From positions 800,001-864,000 of the forward strand of contig JAXGMI010000002.1 of NCBI GenBank assembly GCA_040768745.1: 64,000 nucleotides of DNA, written 5' to 3'. A model generated the notes under the pieces. The model was not told where the DNA came from, did no database searches, and was given only the letters and a program-made list of their open reading frames with translations. Shown in pieces: positions 1 to 9,550 of this stretch (positions within the stretch are counted from its first letter, which is position 1; every line of letters starts with the position of its first letter). The translations under genes and the position numbers were made by a program. This DNA is from Desulfomicrobium sp. GTDB lineage: Bacteria > Desulfobacterota > Desulfovibrionia > Desulfovibrionales > Desulfomicrobiaceae.

Positions 1-505
1 GCGGGACAATGGAATTGAGATAAATGGAATCGCCCTTGGCCAACGCGATGGCCTCGCCACCGTAGATCACCTCAACCTCGCCTTCGTGGACGAGAATGAA
101 TTCCTCGCCTTCGTGGCTGGACATTTTCCGTTCCCCGCAGGCAAGAGGGGTGAGTTCGATAAAGAAAGGCTCCATGTGACGGTCGGTCTTGCCCCTGCCC
201 AGGGAATAGAACGTCATGTCCGCGGGGCAGTCCTTGCCGCTGTGCATGCTCAGGCCTTTTTTTCGCTCTCCCAGACGAACGACAAGGGGATCTTGCCCCA
301 GTTCGTCATCCAGAAATGTGCCCATGCGCACGCCAAGCCCCCTGGCCACTTTGAGCAGCGGCCCCAGGGAGGGATACACCGAATCCTCCTCCAGGGATTT
401 GAGGAAATTGTGGTTGAGGCCGGTCCGTTCTGCCAGCTGTTCCAGACTGATCTCGTTCATCTCCCGGAAGCGTTTAATCCGCACGCCAAGCTGCTCTTTG
501 GTCAT
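1..505 (-). CDS. XRE-family HTH transcriptional regulator with cupin domain (3' end runs off the window)
   Basis: Translated by hand (not in ORF track): MTKEQLGVRIKRFREMNEISLEQLAERTGL...YPSLGPLLKVA (HTH_3), then SHEGEEFILVHEGEVEV...GDSIYLNSIVP (cupin). Alternative ATG at 511. Confidence 0.85.
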   Translation of the reverse strand, partial: MTKEQLGVRIKRFREMNEISLEQLAERTGLNHNFLKSLEEDSVYPSLGPLLKVARGLGVRMGTFLDDELGQDPLVVRLGERKKGLSMHSGKDCPADMTFYSLGRGKTDRHMEPFFIELTPLACGERKMSSHEGEEFILVHEGEVEVIYGGEAIALAKGDSIYLNSIVP

Positions 506-521
506 TGCCATTCTCGCAAGG

Positions 522-1283
522 TTAAGGGTTCAGAGGGCGAGCCACAAGTTTCACTGGGCTCGGCAGTTCCAGTCGGCTGCCGCAGATGCGCTCTATCACG
601 TCGGGGTCAAGGGTACAGCAGACCACGTCATGGCCATCATGCCCGCACGGCTCGAATTGTAAGTCCAGGGAAACGAGTTCCCGCATCACGTCCTCGTCAG
701 ACACATAAAAATGGGTTCTTGCGGGAAGAAAAAACAGCATGGGAAGAAGGACACTTCTCCATGGCAAATCCAACCCGGCTCTGGGAAAAAGAACGTCATC
801 GGGCACGCCCAGCTCGGCGAAGGATTCCTCCTCGTCCAGGCCCAGGGTCTGAGCAAAGCCCTCCCGGGCCTTGGCAAAGCGGACCTCTTCCCCGTGCATG
901 GCCGCGAACTGATCCTCCCGGAAAAGTGCCATGGCCAGAAAAAGCTGGGCCTTCCTCAAACGATCCCCGGCTTCATCGCTCTCCCTTGCGGCGCCTCCCA
1001 CCAGCTGGGATTTGATGTCCATGGTCGTGTCCGTATAGAAATTCTCCAGCCCGGCAGTCATGTAGGCCTGAATGTCCGAGGTCCGCGGAAACCGCCCCGC
1101 GAATTCCAGATACTCACGCAAAAGGCGTCGGACTTCCTGATGCGTGTAGGGCAGATCCGGAGGCGTCCATCGACCCTGTTCAGGCAGGTCAACGCCCGGG
1201 TCAAGAAAAACCAAGCCTTGTGGCAAAGGGCCTTGGGCCAGCCTGGGATGCATCCAGGGAAAATGTACCAGCCTTCCACTCAT
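522..1283 (-). CDS. hypothetical protein
   Basis: 253-aa ORF with globular composition, 4-nt overlap with upstream gene. Confidence 0.7.
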   Translation of the reverse strand: MSGRLVHFPWMHPRLAQGPLPQGLVFLDPGVDLPEQGRWTPPDLPYTHQEVRRLLREYLEFAGRFPRTSDIQAYMTAGLENFYTDTTMDIKSQLVGGAARESDEAGDRLRKAQLFLAMALFREDQFAAMHGEEVRFAKAREGFAQTLGLDEEESFAELGVPDDVLFPRAGLDLPWRSVLLPMLFFLPARTHFYVSDEDVMRELVSLDLQFEPCGHDGHDVVCCTLDPDVIERICGSRLELPSPVKLVARPLNP

Positions 1284-1684
1284 TCGTCTCTCTCCTCGCG
1301 ACCTTCATCTCGTTCAGGCGGCATTGCCGCATACCGCCGGCAACGACCCGGGCAGGGGGGCAGTCGCAGGTGGCACAGATCGCCCTCCAACCGCGCACAC
1401 CACATCCCGCCAAACTCGTCCCCAACCGGCATGAAATCCGGACAGTCCCACGTCTCCCCGAGATCCCGGACCAAACGTTGCAGCCAGATCCTTCCGGTGT
1501 TCTCAAGAGACAGATTTTGTTTTTCGCCGCGATCAATCAAGGCGTCAAGACTGTCTTCCAGTTTCCGCAGTACCAGGCACCGGAACCCCTGCTCCAGGCC
1601 TGGATTGAGGGCTTCGGGATAGAGGCAGAATCCGGCTGTCCAATAGCGGCAGCCTGTGCCGGGCAGAACGAGTATCCGACTCAT
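1280..1684 (-). CDS. Cys-rich hypothetical protein
   Basis: 134 aa with several Cys; translationally coupled to 522..1283. Confidence 0.65.
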   Translation of the reverse strand: MSRILVLPGTGCRYWTAGFCLYPEALNPGLEQGFRCLVLRKLEDSLDALIDRGEKQNLSLENTGRIWLQRLVRDLGETWDCPDFMPVGDEFGGMWCARLEGDLCHLRLPPCPGRCRRYAAMPPERDEGREERDE

Positions 1685-1847
1685 GCCCGACCTTCAAGCA
1701 GCGTGGTGCACAGCGCCAAGTGCTGGGGCGTAAAACCGGGATACATTGCATCCTCCCGAAAACCAAGGATTTTCTCTTCCAGGGAGGAGTTGACCTGCCT
1801 GATGGGGTGTGTGTATATGAGGCCCAATCATTCCTGAGGAGGCGTAC

Positions 1848-2045
1848 ATGTTCGGTATTGGAATCCCTGAATTGCTCATCATCCTGGTCATCGTCCTGAT
1901 CATTTTCGGGGCCAACAAGTTACCTGAGATAGGTTCGGGCATGGGCCGGGCCATCAAGAATTTCAAGAAAGCCACCAGCGAACCCGAGGAAATCGACGTC
2001 ACCCCCAAGGCTGAAAAAAAGAAGGACGGGGACGAAAAAGAATAA
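1848..2045 (+). CDS. tatA: twin-arginine translocase TatA/TatE
   Basis: [49 protein letters not shown]. Confidence 0.95.
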   Translation: MFGIGIPELLIILVIVLIIFGANKLPEIGSGMGRAIKNFKKATSEPEEIDVTPKAEKKKDGDEKE

Positions 2046-2064
2046 AGTCAGTATGTTTTTGATG

Positions 2065-2091
2065 AAAATCCCGGTCCTTCCGGGATTTTTC
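2065..2091. terminator. bidirectional intrinsic terminator
   Basis: aaaatcccgg-tcctt-ccgggatttttt between convergent genes. Confidence 0.7.
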
Positions 2092-2953
2092 AGTGAATTT
2101 CCATGCGCAGTCCCTGGGCCCTGACCGCCTCCTCCAAACGTCGAACCAGGCCCTCGCGGGACGGGGTCCGCACCTTCCACACCCCGACCATGCCCACCTC
2201 GTCCATTTCCACCCCGACCAGGCTCTTCTGCGCAATTTCCGCAGTCCATGCATCCATAAGCTTGTCGAATTCCATGGGCCCCACGCTGGAAAGCCAGCCG
2301 GAAATGCGGAATGTGACCCCGGACTCGCCCTGGGCCATGACCTCGGGGCGGGAAAAATAGTCCTTCCAGACCGCGAACCAGACCTGGTCCAGTGTCCTGC
2401 CTGTTGAGGTCGATTTCCACCCATCCGCGCTCAGGGTCCCCGTCCAGGTCCCGAGCTGGGAGAGTTCCAACACCGGCGCTTCTGGTCCGCCAGCAGGAGC
2501 CGGCTTGAGGCCGCATACCTCCTGCAGGACGCCGAGACGCCTGGTGCGGGAAGGCTCCACCCCGGAGAGCCTGAGCACATAGACAAGCGGTCTTTCCAAC
2601 GTGAACAGGACGCCCAAATCCCGCAGCCGGGCTTTGAGTCGCTCGGCGTTGACACGCACATCCAGGGCCAGGCTTCCGGTGGTGGCGTTGGCTCCGGACG
2701 CTGTCTCGCTGTAGCCGAGGATCAGGCTGTCCCGTTCCGCACCAAGGATGTCCATGACCGCCTTGGAACGGGATGGATTCAGGGACCTGCCCAGGATGGA
2801 CTTCGTTTCCTGGGCAATGGCCAGGTCAAAGGCCCTCTCCCTGAGCGGACTGGTCTGACCTTGAGTTTCTGGCTCGACCATGACTATCTGCCCAGCCAGG
2901 GCAGCAGGCCCCCACAGGACCACTGCCAACAAAATGCAGGATGCCATACGCAT
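2090..2953 (-). CDS. exported hypothetical protein
   Basis: Signal-peptide-like N-terminus MRMASCILLAVVLWGPAALA with GAGGTG RBS. Confidence 0.7.
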   Translation of the reverse strand: MRMASCILLAVVLWGPAALAGQIVMVEPETQGQTSPLRERAFDLAIAQETKSILGRSLNPSRSKAVMDILGAERDSLILGYSETASGANATTGSLALDVRVNAERLKARLRDLGVLFTLERPLVYVLRLSGVEPSRTRRLGVLQEVCGLKPAPAGGPEAPVLELSQLGTWTGTLSADGWKSTSTGRTLDQVWFAVWKDYFSRPEVMAQGESGVTFRISGWLSSVGPMEFDKLMDAWTAEIAQKSLVGVEMDEVGMVGVWKVRTPSREGLVRRLEEAVRAQGLRMEIH

Positions 2954-3029
2954 TGCTTCACCTCGCAACATGTGTACCTCGCGTCGCCACCCACCGCAAT
3001 CCAGCGCAAGGGGGTGGCCTGTGGCGGCC

Positions 3030-3950
3030 TCATGCGCCCAGAAACGCGCGGGCCTCGGCAAGCATGGCCACAATCTCCCCGGGTTCATGCCAGACAATGC
3101 GACGATCTTTGCGGAACCAGGTCAGCTGCCTCTTGGCATAGGCCCGAGTGCTGCGCAGCCAGTCCTCCTTGGCCTGGATCAGGGTCTGCCCATCCAGGAG
3201 AACGGACAGGAGCTCCGGGCAGCCGATGCCTGAAAATCCAGGGGCGTTTCGGTCCGAAACCGTGGAGTACGCCTGACGGACTTCCTCCAGGGCACCAGCC
3301 TCCAGCATGACATCGATGCGCCGGGCCAACCGGGGCGTGAGGGTCGCCAAGTCCGCACGCAGACCAATCTCAAGTACACGCGGACCTGCAGTCAGGGCAG
3401 GTTGCCTATGCCACCAGGACAGAGTCCGGCTCGTGGCCGCGAAGACCTCCAAGGCCCGGCAGACGCGCTGCGGATCGTTGGGGTGGATTCTGGCTGCGTA
3501 CTGCGGATCGAGGTGCTTCAGCCTGTCATACAGGGCCGGCGATCCCTCTGCGCGGCATTCGGCAGCCACCTTCTGGCGCACTGCCGGATCGATATCCGGA
3601 ATGGGGGCCAACCCCTCGACCAGGCTTTTCAGATAGAGCCCGGTTCCTCCGACCAGGATGGGCACCAGGCCGCGAGCCTTGAAAGCCTTTGCCTGTTCAA
3701 GGATCTCAACGGCAAACGCCCCCGCCCTGACCGGCATGCTGAGCGGCACATAGCCGTACAGGGCATGGGGACAGAGGGACTGCTCCGCCGGAGTGGGCTG
3801 GGCTGTGACAATGGGCAGGCCGGCATAGACCTGGCGGGAATCGAAATTGATCACACCCCCGCCCAGGTCCTGGGCCAAGGCCAAGGCCGCAGCAGTTTTT
3901 CCGGTGCCTGTGGCCCCGACCAGACAGACCACGGCAAGATCACGGCTCAT
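3030..3950 (-). CDS. miaA: tRNA dimethylallyltransferase
   Basis: GATGTGKT, DSRQVY, VGGTGLY, TRAYAKRQLTWF. Confidence 0.97.
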   Translation of the reverse strand: MSRDLAVVCLVGATGTGKTAAALALAQDLGGGVINFDSRQVYAGLPIVTAQPTPAEQSLCPHALYGYVPLSMPVRAGAFAVEILEQAKAFKARGLVPILVGGTGLYLKSLVEGLAPIPDIDPAVRQKVAAECRAEGSPALYDRLKHLDPQYAARIHPNDPQRVCRALEVFAATSRTLSWWHRQPALTAGPRVLEIGLRADLATLTPRLARRIDVMLEAGALEEVRQAYSTVSDRNAPGFSGIGCPELLSVLLDGQTLIQAKEDWLRSTRAYAKRQLTWFRKDRRIVWHEPGEIVAMLAEARAFLGA

Positions 3951-4477
3951 GGCGTCGGGGCTTCCTCTGCGAGGGACGCGCGCCGTTCCAGCATGCGCTG
4001 GTTGACCCTGGCCTGGATGGCCTCCGGAACCAGCCCGTCGATGCTTCCGCCCAGCCGGGCCACATCCTTGATGATGGTCGAACTGATATACAGCCAGCGG
4101 TAGTCCGTCATCATGAAGACCGTGTGGATGCTGGGTTTGAGCTTGCGGTTCATGAGGGCCATCTGGAATTCATACTCGAAGTCCGAGACCGCTCGCAGGC
4201 CTCGCAGAATGGTGTTTGCCCCTTTTTTCGGCACGTAGTCCACCAGCAGTCCCGCGAAGCCGTCGACATCCACTCGGACCTGTCCCCGGAAAACCTCGCG
4301 GATCATGTCGACCCGCTCATCCAGGGAGAAGAGGGGATTTTTCCCCGAATCCTTGGCCACGGCCACGATGATGCGGTCAAAGACCTCCAGGCCCCTGCGC
4401 ACCAGGCTGAGATGCCCGTTGGTGAAGGGGTCGAACGTGCCTGGATACACCGCTATGCGCTCTTCTTTAGGCCCCAT
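3947..4477 (-). CDS. coaD: pantetheine-phosphate adenylyltransferase
   Basis: YPGTFDPFTNGH, RGLRAVSDFEYE, ISST. Confidence 0.97.
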   Translation of the reverse strand: MGPKEERIAVYPGTFDPFTNGHLSLVRRGLEVFDRIIVAVAKDSGKNPLFSLDERVDMIREVFRGQVRVDVDGFAGLLVDYVPKKGANTILRGLRAVSDFEYEFQMALMNRKLKPSIHTVFMMTDYRWLYISSTIIKDVARLGGSIDGLVPEAIQARVNQRMLERRASLAEEAPTP

Positions 4478-5025
4478 ATGCAAATCCTCGTCTGTCCATA
4501 GACCTTGTTGCGGATCGGATCCAAAATCGGATGGGGCGACTCTGCAAGAGGCAGGCTGGCCTCAACCTCGGCGCAGATCAGGCCCTCAGGCTGAAGCTTC
4601 TCTCTGGCCACCAGCAGACGCACCGCAGGCAACAGCAGGTCCTGGCCGTAGGGTGGATCAATGAACACAAGCCCGTATGGGCCTCTGCTCTCAGTGCTTC
4701 CCAGCCAGTGCAGGGCATCGCCCTTGACCAGGGACCATCGCTCGCGTCGAACCTGCAGCAATTCCAGGTTGGTCCTGATCAGGGCCGCCGCACAGCCAGC
4801 CTTCTCAACAAAAACAACGGAGCTGGCACCGCGACTTAACGCCTCGATGCCCAGCGAGCCGCTGCCGGCAAAGATGTCTGCCACATTGGTCTGGGGCCAG
4901 CTCACGCCCAGGGATTCGAGCATGGAAAAGACCGATTCCCGGATCTTGCCCGTGGCCGGACGATAGCCCGGCCCCCCGGTGGTCCGGATCTGCCTGCCCC
5001 GATAGGCCCCGGCAATGATGCGCAC
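4453..5025 (-). CDS. rsmD: 16S rRNA m2G966 methyltransferase
   Basis: MRIIAG, DIFAGSGSLGIEALSRGA, DPPY; adjacent to coaD. Confidence 0.95.
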   Translation of the reverse strand: MRIIAGAYRGRQIRTTGGPGYRPATGKIRESVFSMLESLGVSWPQTNVADIFAGSGSLGIEALSRGASSVVFVEKAGCAAALIRTNLELLQVRRERWSLVKGDALHWLGSTESRGPYGLVFIDPPYGQDLLLPAVRLLVAREKLQPEGLICAEVEASLPLAESPHPILDPIRNKVYGQTRICIWGLKKSA

Positions 5026-5028
5026 GCC

Positions 5029-6672
5029 CTAGTCCCTCTTTTCCGCCTGCTTCTGCTCGAAGATCAGCTCGGACAGGATGGTCGTAAATCGCGAATTGAT
5101 GGCTACGAGATTGCCCCGGATTTCGACCTGGTTGGTCAAGCCCATGCGTTTGAGGTAGTCGACCCGCTCCTGGACCTGCGAAAGTTTGGCTGCGGTCTCC
5201 TCCAGCAGGTAGTCCCAGTCGATGCGCGGCGCTGCCAGGGACGGATGGGCGGTCAGTTCGAAACGGCCGCCCTTCTCCAGGAGGCAATCGTCCATATAAT
5301 CGGGGATGTGCACCGTAAGGTTGAACTTGTCCCGGATCAGGTCGGCCAGCACTTTCTGACCCGTATGCTCCCCGTGCACGAGATAGACGCTCATGCCTGG
5401 GCTGCGGAAGTGGGAGAGCCAATCCAGAATCTGCTGCTGTCCTGCATGGGCTGAAAACCCACCGATGGTGAAGACCTTGGCCTTGATGGACAATTCTTCG
5501 CCCAAAATCCGCACGGTTTGCGCACCGTCGACAATGCGCCGGCCCGGGGTGCCTTCGGCCTGGAAGCCGACGAAGACGATGGATGCGCCCGGCTTCCAGA
5601 TATTGTGCCGGATATGGTGCTTGATCCGTCCGGCGTTGGCCATGCCGCTGCCGGCAATGACGATGGCCGGGCCCTGGGAGACATTGATGGACCTGGATTC
5701 CTCGGCCGTCAGCGTGTAGCGCAGGTTGGGCAGCTCCAGAGGGTTCTCCCCCTTTTTGATCAGTTCCTTGGTCTGCTGATCGTAATAGTCCCAATTACGG
5801 CGGAAAATTTCCGTGGCCTTGATGGCCAGGGGGCTGTCCACGAAGACAGGCATGTCCGCCGGCAGGCGGCCGTCCTTGTGCAGCAGATAGAAACTGTACA
5901 GCAGCTCCTGGGTCCGCTCCACGGCAAATGCCGGAATGATGACCTTCTCGCCCCGTTCGTAGCTGTATTTGATGGCGGAAGCCAGCTCATCCCGGCTTTC
6001 TGCTTCGTTCTTGTGATTGCGGGCGCCATACGTCGATTCCAGAAAAAGAAAATCCGCAGTCTCGACGGTTTGCGCGTCACGGACCAGAAGCTGGTCGGGC
6101 CTGCCCAGATCCCCTGAAAAGACCAGTTTGGTTTCCTTGTCCCCTTCCTTGACCCACAATTCGATAAACGCCGAGCCGAGAATATGGCCGGCATCGTTGA
6201 ATACGACCCGGATCCCGGGTTTCGGCGAAAAGGACTGATTGTATTCCTGCACAACCATGCGCGAAAAGGCTTTCTGGGCGTCCTCGACTGTGTACAGCGG
6301 CTCCACGGGCAGATCGCCGGCCCGCATCTTCTTGGTGCTGCGCCACTGGGCTTCGGTCTCCTGGATGCGGGCGCTGTCCTCGAGCATGATCTCCACGAGT
6401 TCCCTGGTTGGCGCGGTCATGTACACCGGACCGGCAAATCCCTTGGCCACCAGTCGGGGCAGGAGCCCGGAATGATCGATATGGGCGTGGGTGAGCAGAA
6501 TGAAGTCCAGTGCTTCGGGCTGATAGACCTCATTCTCGTCCCAGTTGCGCATTTCAATATCCCGGTTGCCCTGGTGCATGCCGCAGTCGATGGCGAAGCG
6601 GGAATGTTCGCATTCCAGCACGTAGCAGGAGCCGGTCACGGTCCGGGCCGCGCCAAGGAAGGTGATTTTCAT
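5029..6672 (-). CDS. MBL-fold beta-CASP ribonuclease
   Basis: GAARTVTGSC, THAHIDHSG, AGHILGS, ESTYG, FSAHA. Confidence 0.92.
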   Translation of the reverse strand: MKITFLGAARTVTGSCYVLECEHSRFAIDCGMHQGNRDIEMRNWDENEVYQPEALDFILLTHAHIDHSGLLPRLVAKGFAGPVYMTAPTRELVEIMLEDSARIQETEAQWRSTKKMRAGDLPVEPLYTVEDAQKAFSRMVVQEYNQSFSPKPGIRVVFNDAGHILGSAFIELWVKEGDKETKLVFSGDLGRPDQLLVRDAQTVETADFLFLESTYGARNHKNEAESRDELASAIKYSYERGEKVIIPAFAVERTQELLYSFYLLHKDGRLPADMPVFVDSPLAIKATEIFRRNWDYYDQQTKELIKKGENPLELPNLRYTLTAEESRSINVSQGPAIVIAGSGMANAGRIKHHIRHNIWKPGASIVFVGFQAEGTPGRRIVDGAQTVRILGEELSIKAKVFTIGGFSAHAGQQQILDWLSHFRSPGMSVYLVHGEHTGQKVLADLIRDKFNLTVHIPDYMDDCLLEKGGRFELTAHPSLAAPRIDWDYLLEETAAKLSQVQERVDYLKRMGLTNQVEIRGNLVAINSRFTTILSELIFEQKQAEKRD

Positions 6673-6819
6673 GAATTACTCCTTATATTTCATAACAATA
6701 GAAAAAAAATATCATCGCATTGCCGTCAAAGAGATCCCTGTGATAGCTGCCCGCCAATGGCAGGTAACCAGGGCTGACACCCCTTTCACAATCCGCATCA
6801 GGCAACAAAATGGTTTCCC

Positions 6820-7671
6820 ATGATCAACCTGAACCAGCTCAGCGACAAAGACCTTCCGCCCCTGAAGCCCATGGTCATCCGACTTTGGCAGCTCCTCAAC
6901 TCCCAGCATACCCGGCTGCAGGATATTGCCGAGGCCATGAGCGCCGAGCCGGTGCTCTGCGCCAGGATTATGGCTATTGCCAACTCGCCGCTGTACCGGG
7001 GCGTGGAGGAAATCCTCTCCCCCCAGAAGGCATTGATCCGGCTCGGTCTGGATGAGGTCAAGGGGATCGTCTACTACCTGACCCTGTCGGACTCCATGCG
7101 CAAAAAAAACTTCCCTTCCAGCTTCGACATCCGCAGGTTCTGGTCCCACAGCCTGAGCACCGCGCTCTTGAGTCAGAAGCTCTGCCAGTATTATCCGCAC
7201 CTCTTTCCCATGACTCCGGAAGAACGTGAAGGAGCCTATCTTGCGGGGCTGCTGCACGACATCGGGTATGTGGTCATGGCCGCGCTCATGCCCGGCGAAT
7301 TCCGACTCATGGTCAAAAGCTGGGAGACAGAAACCCTGCCTCCCCTGGACACGGAAGAAGAAATTTTTGGCCTGAGCCACCCCATCCTCAGCGCCAAGGC
7401 TCTCAACCTGTGGAAATTCCCGAAAAATGTCCAGCTTGCGGTCTACGCCCACCACCGGGACATCCCCACCGACTCCCGGACCGGGGCGATCATGCTTCTC
7501 AAGCTGGCTGACTGCCTGTCCACGGATGCCGGGTATCACTTCAATCCACGCTTTTCCGTGGATCTCAAGAGGGCGACCATCCCCCCCGTATTGCTGGCAG
7601 AAGACTTTCAGCCTGTGATCCAGGAAGTGTCCTTGAAGGTGGAAATGCTGGTCAGTCAAGCCCTCTCGTGA
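6820..7671 (+). CDS. HDOD domain protein
   Basis: IMAIANSPLY, ALIRLG, FWSHS, AGLLHDIG. Confidence 0.9.
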   Translation: MINLNQLSDKDLPPLKPMVIRLWQLLNSQHTRLQDIAEAMSAEPVLCARIMAIANSPLYRGVEEILSPQKALIRLGLDEVKGIVYYLTLSDSMRKKNFPSSFDIRRFWSHSLSTALLSQKLCQYYPHLFPMTPEEREGAYLAGLLHDIGYVVMAALMPGEFRLMVKSWETETLPPLDTEEEIFGLSHPILSAKALNLWKFPKNVQLAVYAHHRDIPTDSRTGAIMLLKLADCLSTDAGYHFNPRFSVDLKRATIPPVLLAEDFQPVIQEVSLKVEMLVSQALS

Positions 7672-7677
7672 CCAGGT

Positions 7678-8652
7678 TCAGTGCAGCGAAGGGTCCTGGC
7701 ATTCGAGTTCAACGGTCACGGTTCCGGTGCACCCGAAAATTCCCACGGGCATGGGCTCGCCCATCCTGGCCCTGACCCAGTTCCACAGCGCGTCCCCTGT
7801 TCGCCCGAACTGTCTGTAGTCGCCGAGGACCTGCACGCAGAGATAGCGAGCGGCCAGGCTGATCCGCATGGACTGCTCCAAACCGTCATGCAGCTGATAG
7901 TCGTCCACGGCCCCGGACAGGCGTTTCAGCAAGGCCCGCGTGCCCGCCTCCTCCAGATCCGGAGAAACAAGACACAAAAGCCCTTCGCCCAGGGATGCCA
8001 GCCTGTCGTAGTTGCGAAGCTGGCGGCGCAAAAAGGACCACACCCCGGCGTTGAACCACTCTGTCCAATCCCTGCCATAGCTGGCTTTGAACCCGTCCAG
8101 ACCGGCGATGGACACCATGCTCAGAGATATCCAGCCCTGCCTGCGCCCAACCCGGTTGACCTCTTCGTAGAGGAAAACCCTCAGTCCCTCTGCAGTGAGC
8201 AATCCCGTACCCTCCTCGAAGAGCACGGCTGCATCCACACCGTGGGCCTTTGAGCGGCGCAGGGCCTGCTTGACCTTCCATTCCAGTTCCACGTCCATCC
8301 AGGGGACGGAGAGATAGTCGTCAATGTCCTGCGCGCCGGAAAAAAGGGAAACCAGATCCCTCCCCGCGCCCAGCAGGACGATTTGCACTGGAGGCAGGGA
8401 GCGTCTCTTTTCGCGGGCCCGGATCAAGGCGACGAATTCCGCCCCGGAAATATCCCGCCCCTGAGCGGCGACCAGCAGGCACTGGTACGCTTCGTCCTCG
8501 GTCCGGGCCACAGCCTTGAGATGCCCCGGGACATGCTCGGCATGCACCCCCAGGCGGTTCAGCACGAACATGACTTCCCGGGCATGGTCCTCGTCCGGGT
8601 CCACGAGGAGGAATCTGCTTTCTCTGTCTTCCTGTGCGCTGTCCATGGGCAT
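7678..8652 (-). CDS. receiver-like domain plus degenerate GGDEF-like domain protein
   Basis: LLVDPD...IDDYL N-terminal domain; C-terminal TGLLT...QLRNYDRLASLGEG with the GGDEF motif lost. Confidence 0.6.
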   Translation of the reverse strand: MPMDSAQEDRESRFLLVDPDEDHAREVMFVLNRLGVHAEHVPGHLKAVARTEDEAYQCLLVAAQGRDISGAEFVALIRAREKRRSLPPVQIVLLGAGRDLVSLFSGAQDIDDYLSVPWMDVELEWKVKQALRRSKAHGVDAAVLFEEGTGLLTAEGLRVFLYEEVNRVGRRQGWISLSMVSIAGLDGFKASYGRDWTEWFNAGVWSFLRRQLRNYDRLASLGEGLLCLVSPDLEEAGTRALLKRLSGAVDDYQLHDGLEQSMRISLAARYLCVQVLGDYRQFGRTGDALWNWVRARMGEPMPVGIFGCTGTVTVELECQDPSLH

Positions 8653-8825
8653 AATCCGTCTCTTCTTGAAAGGGGTGCAAAAACAACCGGGCGGTCCTGG
8701 CGACGGTTCTGGTTAGCAGACGAGGACTTGGATTGTCCATCGAGGCCGGGCCGGCCAGGGCTATGGAAGCTTTTGCCCTCCCGGCCATTTTTGTGTAACG
8801 GGTCTGAGCACAATGGAATCCACTG

Positions 8826-9524
8826 ATGCACAATCCGTTCAAATCCCTTGAAATCAATCGGCGCTTGCAGGCCAAGACGGCGAAGCGCTCCCACCGAAGC
8901 CATCCTCCTGACCCCTCGCCCGAGGACCTGCAGAGCAGCGCCGTGATCCAGACCTCCGAGGAGGATATCTTCCTGCACGCCGTTTCCGACGTCGCCCCCC
9001 TGCGCAAGGGCGGCCGCGACATCGCCGCACCGGTGCGGCCCGCCGCCCCTGCACCGGCCCCGGCCACGACGTTTGACCGCCTGGTGGAAGAACACATCGA
9101 ATTCGACATGGAGCATACCCACGAATTCATCATGGGCCAGGTCCGGGGACTGGACCCCAAGATATTCCGCAAGCTCAAAGCCGGCCAGCTCAGCGTGCAG
9201 GCCCACCTCGACCTGCACGGACTCAACGCGGATCAGGCCAAGCTGGCGGTGATCGAATTCTTGCGCCGCTGCTACATGGAAGGTAAACGCTGCGTTCTGG
9301 TTATTCCAGGCCGGGGCCGGAACTCACTTTTGGGGCAGGGAATCCTGCGCCAGGAAATCTCCACATGGCTGACCCAGGCCCCCCTCAAGCGCATTGTTCT
9401 GGCCTTCACCACGGCCCTGCCCAGGCACGGCGGCAGCGGAGCCGTGTACCTGCTCCTGCGTCAGGCACGCAAGGAGCGGGGCAAGATTTTTTGGGAAGAT
9501 GTTTTCGTTGATGTCGACGGCTGA
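8826..9524 (+). CDS. Smr/MutS2-C domain endonuclease
   Basis: LDLHGL, VIPGRGRNS, HGGSGAVY. Confidence 0.92.
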   Translation: MHNPFKSLEINRRLQAKTAKRSHRSHPPDPSPEDLQSSAVIQTSEEDIFLHAVSDVAPLRKGGRDIAAPVRPAAPAPAPATTFDRLVEEHIEFDMEHTHEFIMGQVRGLDPKIFRKLKAGQLSVQAHLDLHGLNADQAKLAVIEFLRRCYMEGKRCVLVIPGRGRNSLLGQGILRQEISTWLTQAPLKRIVLAFTTALPRHGGSGAVYLLLRQARKERGKIFWEDVFVDVDG

Positions 9525-9550
9525 GCAACACTGCAACCAAGGACCAGAAC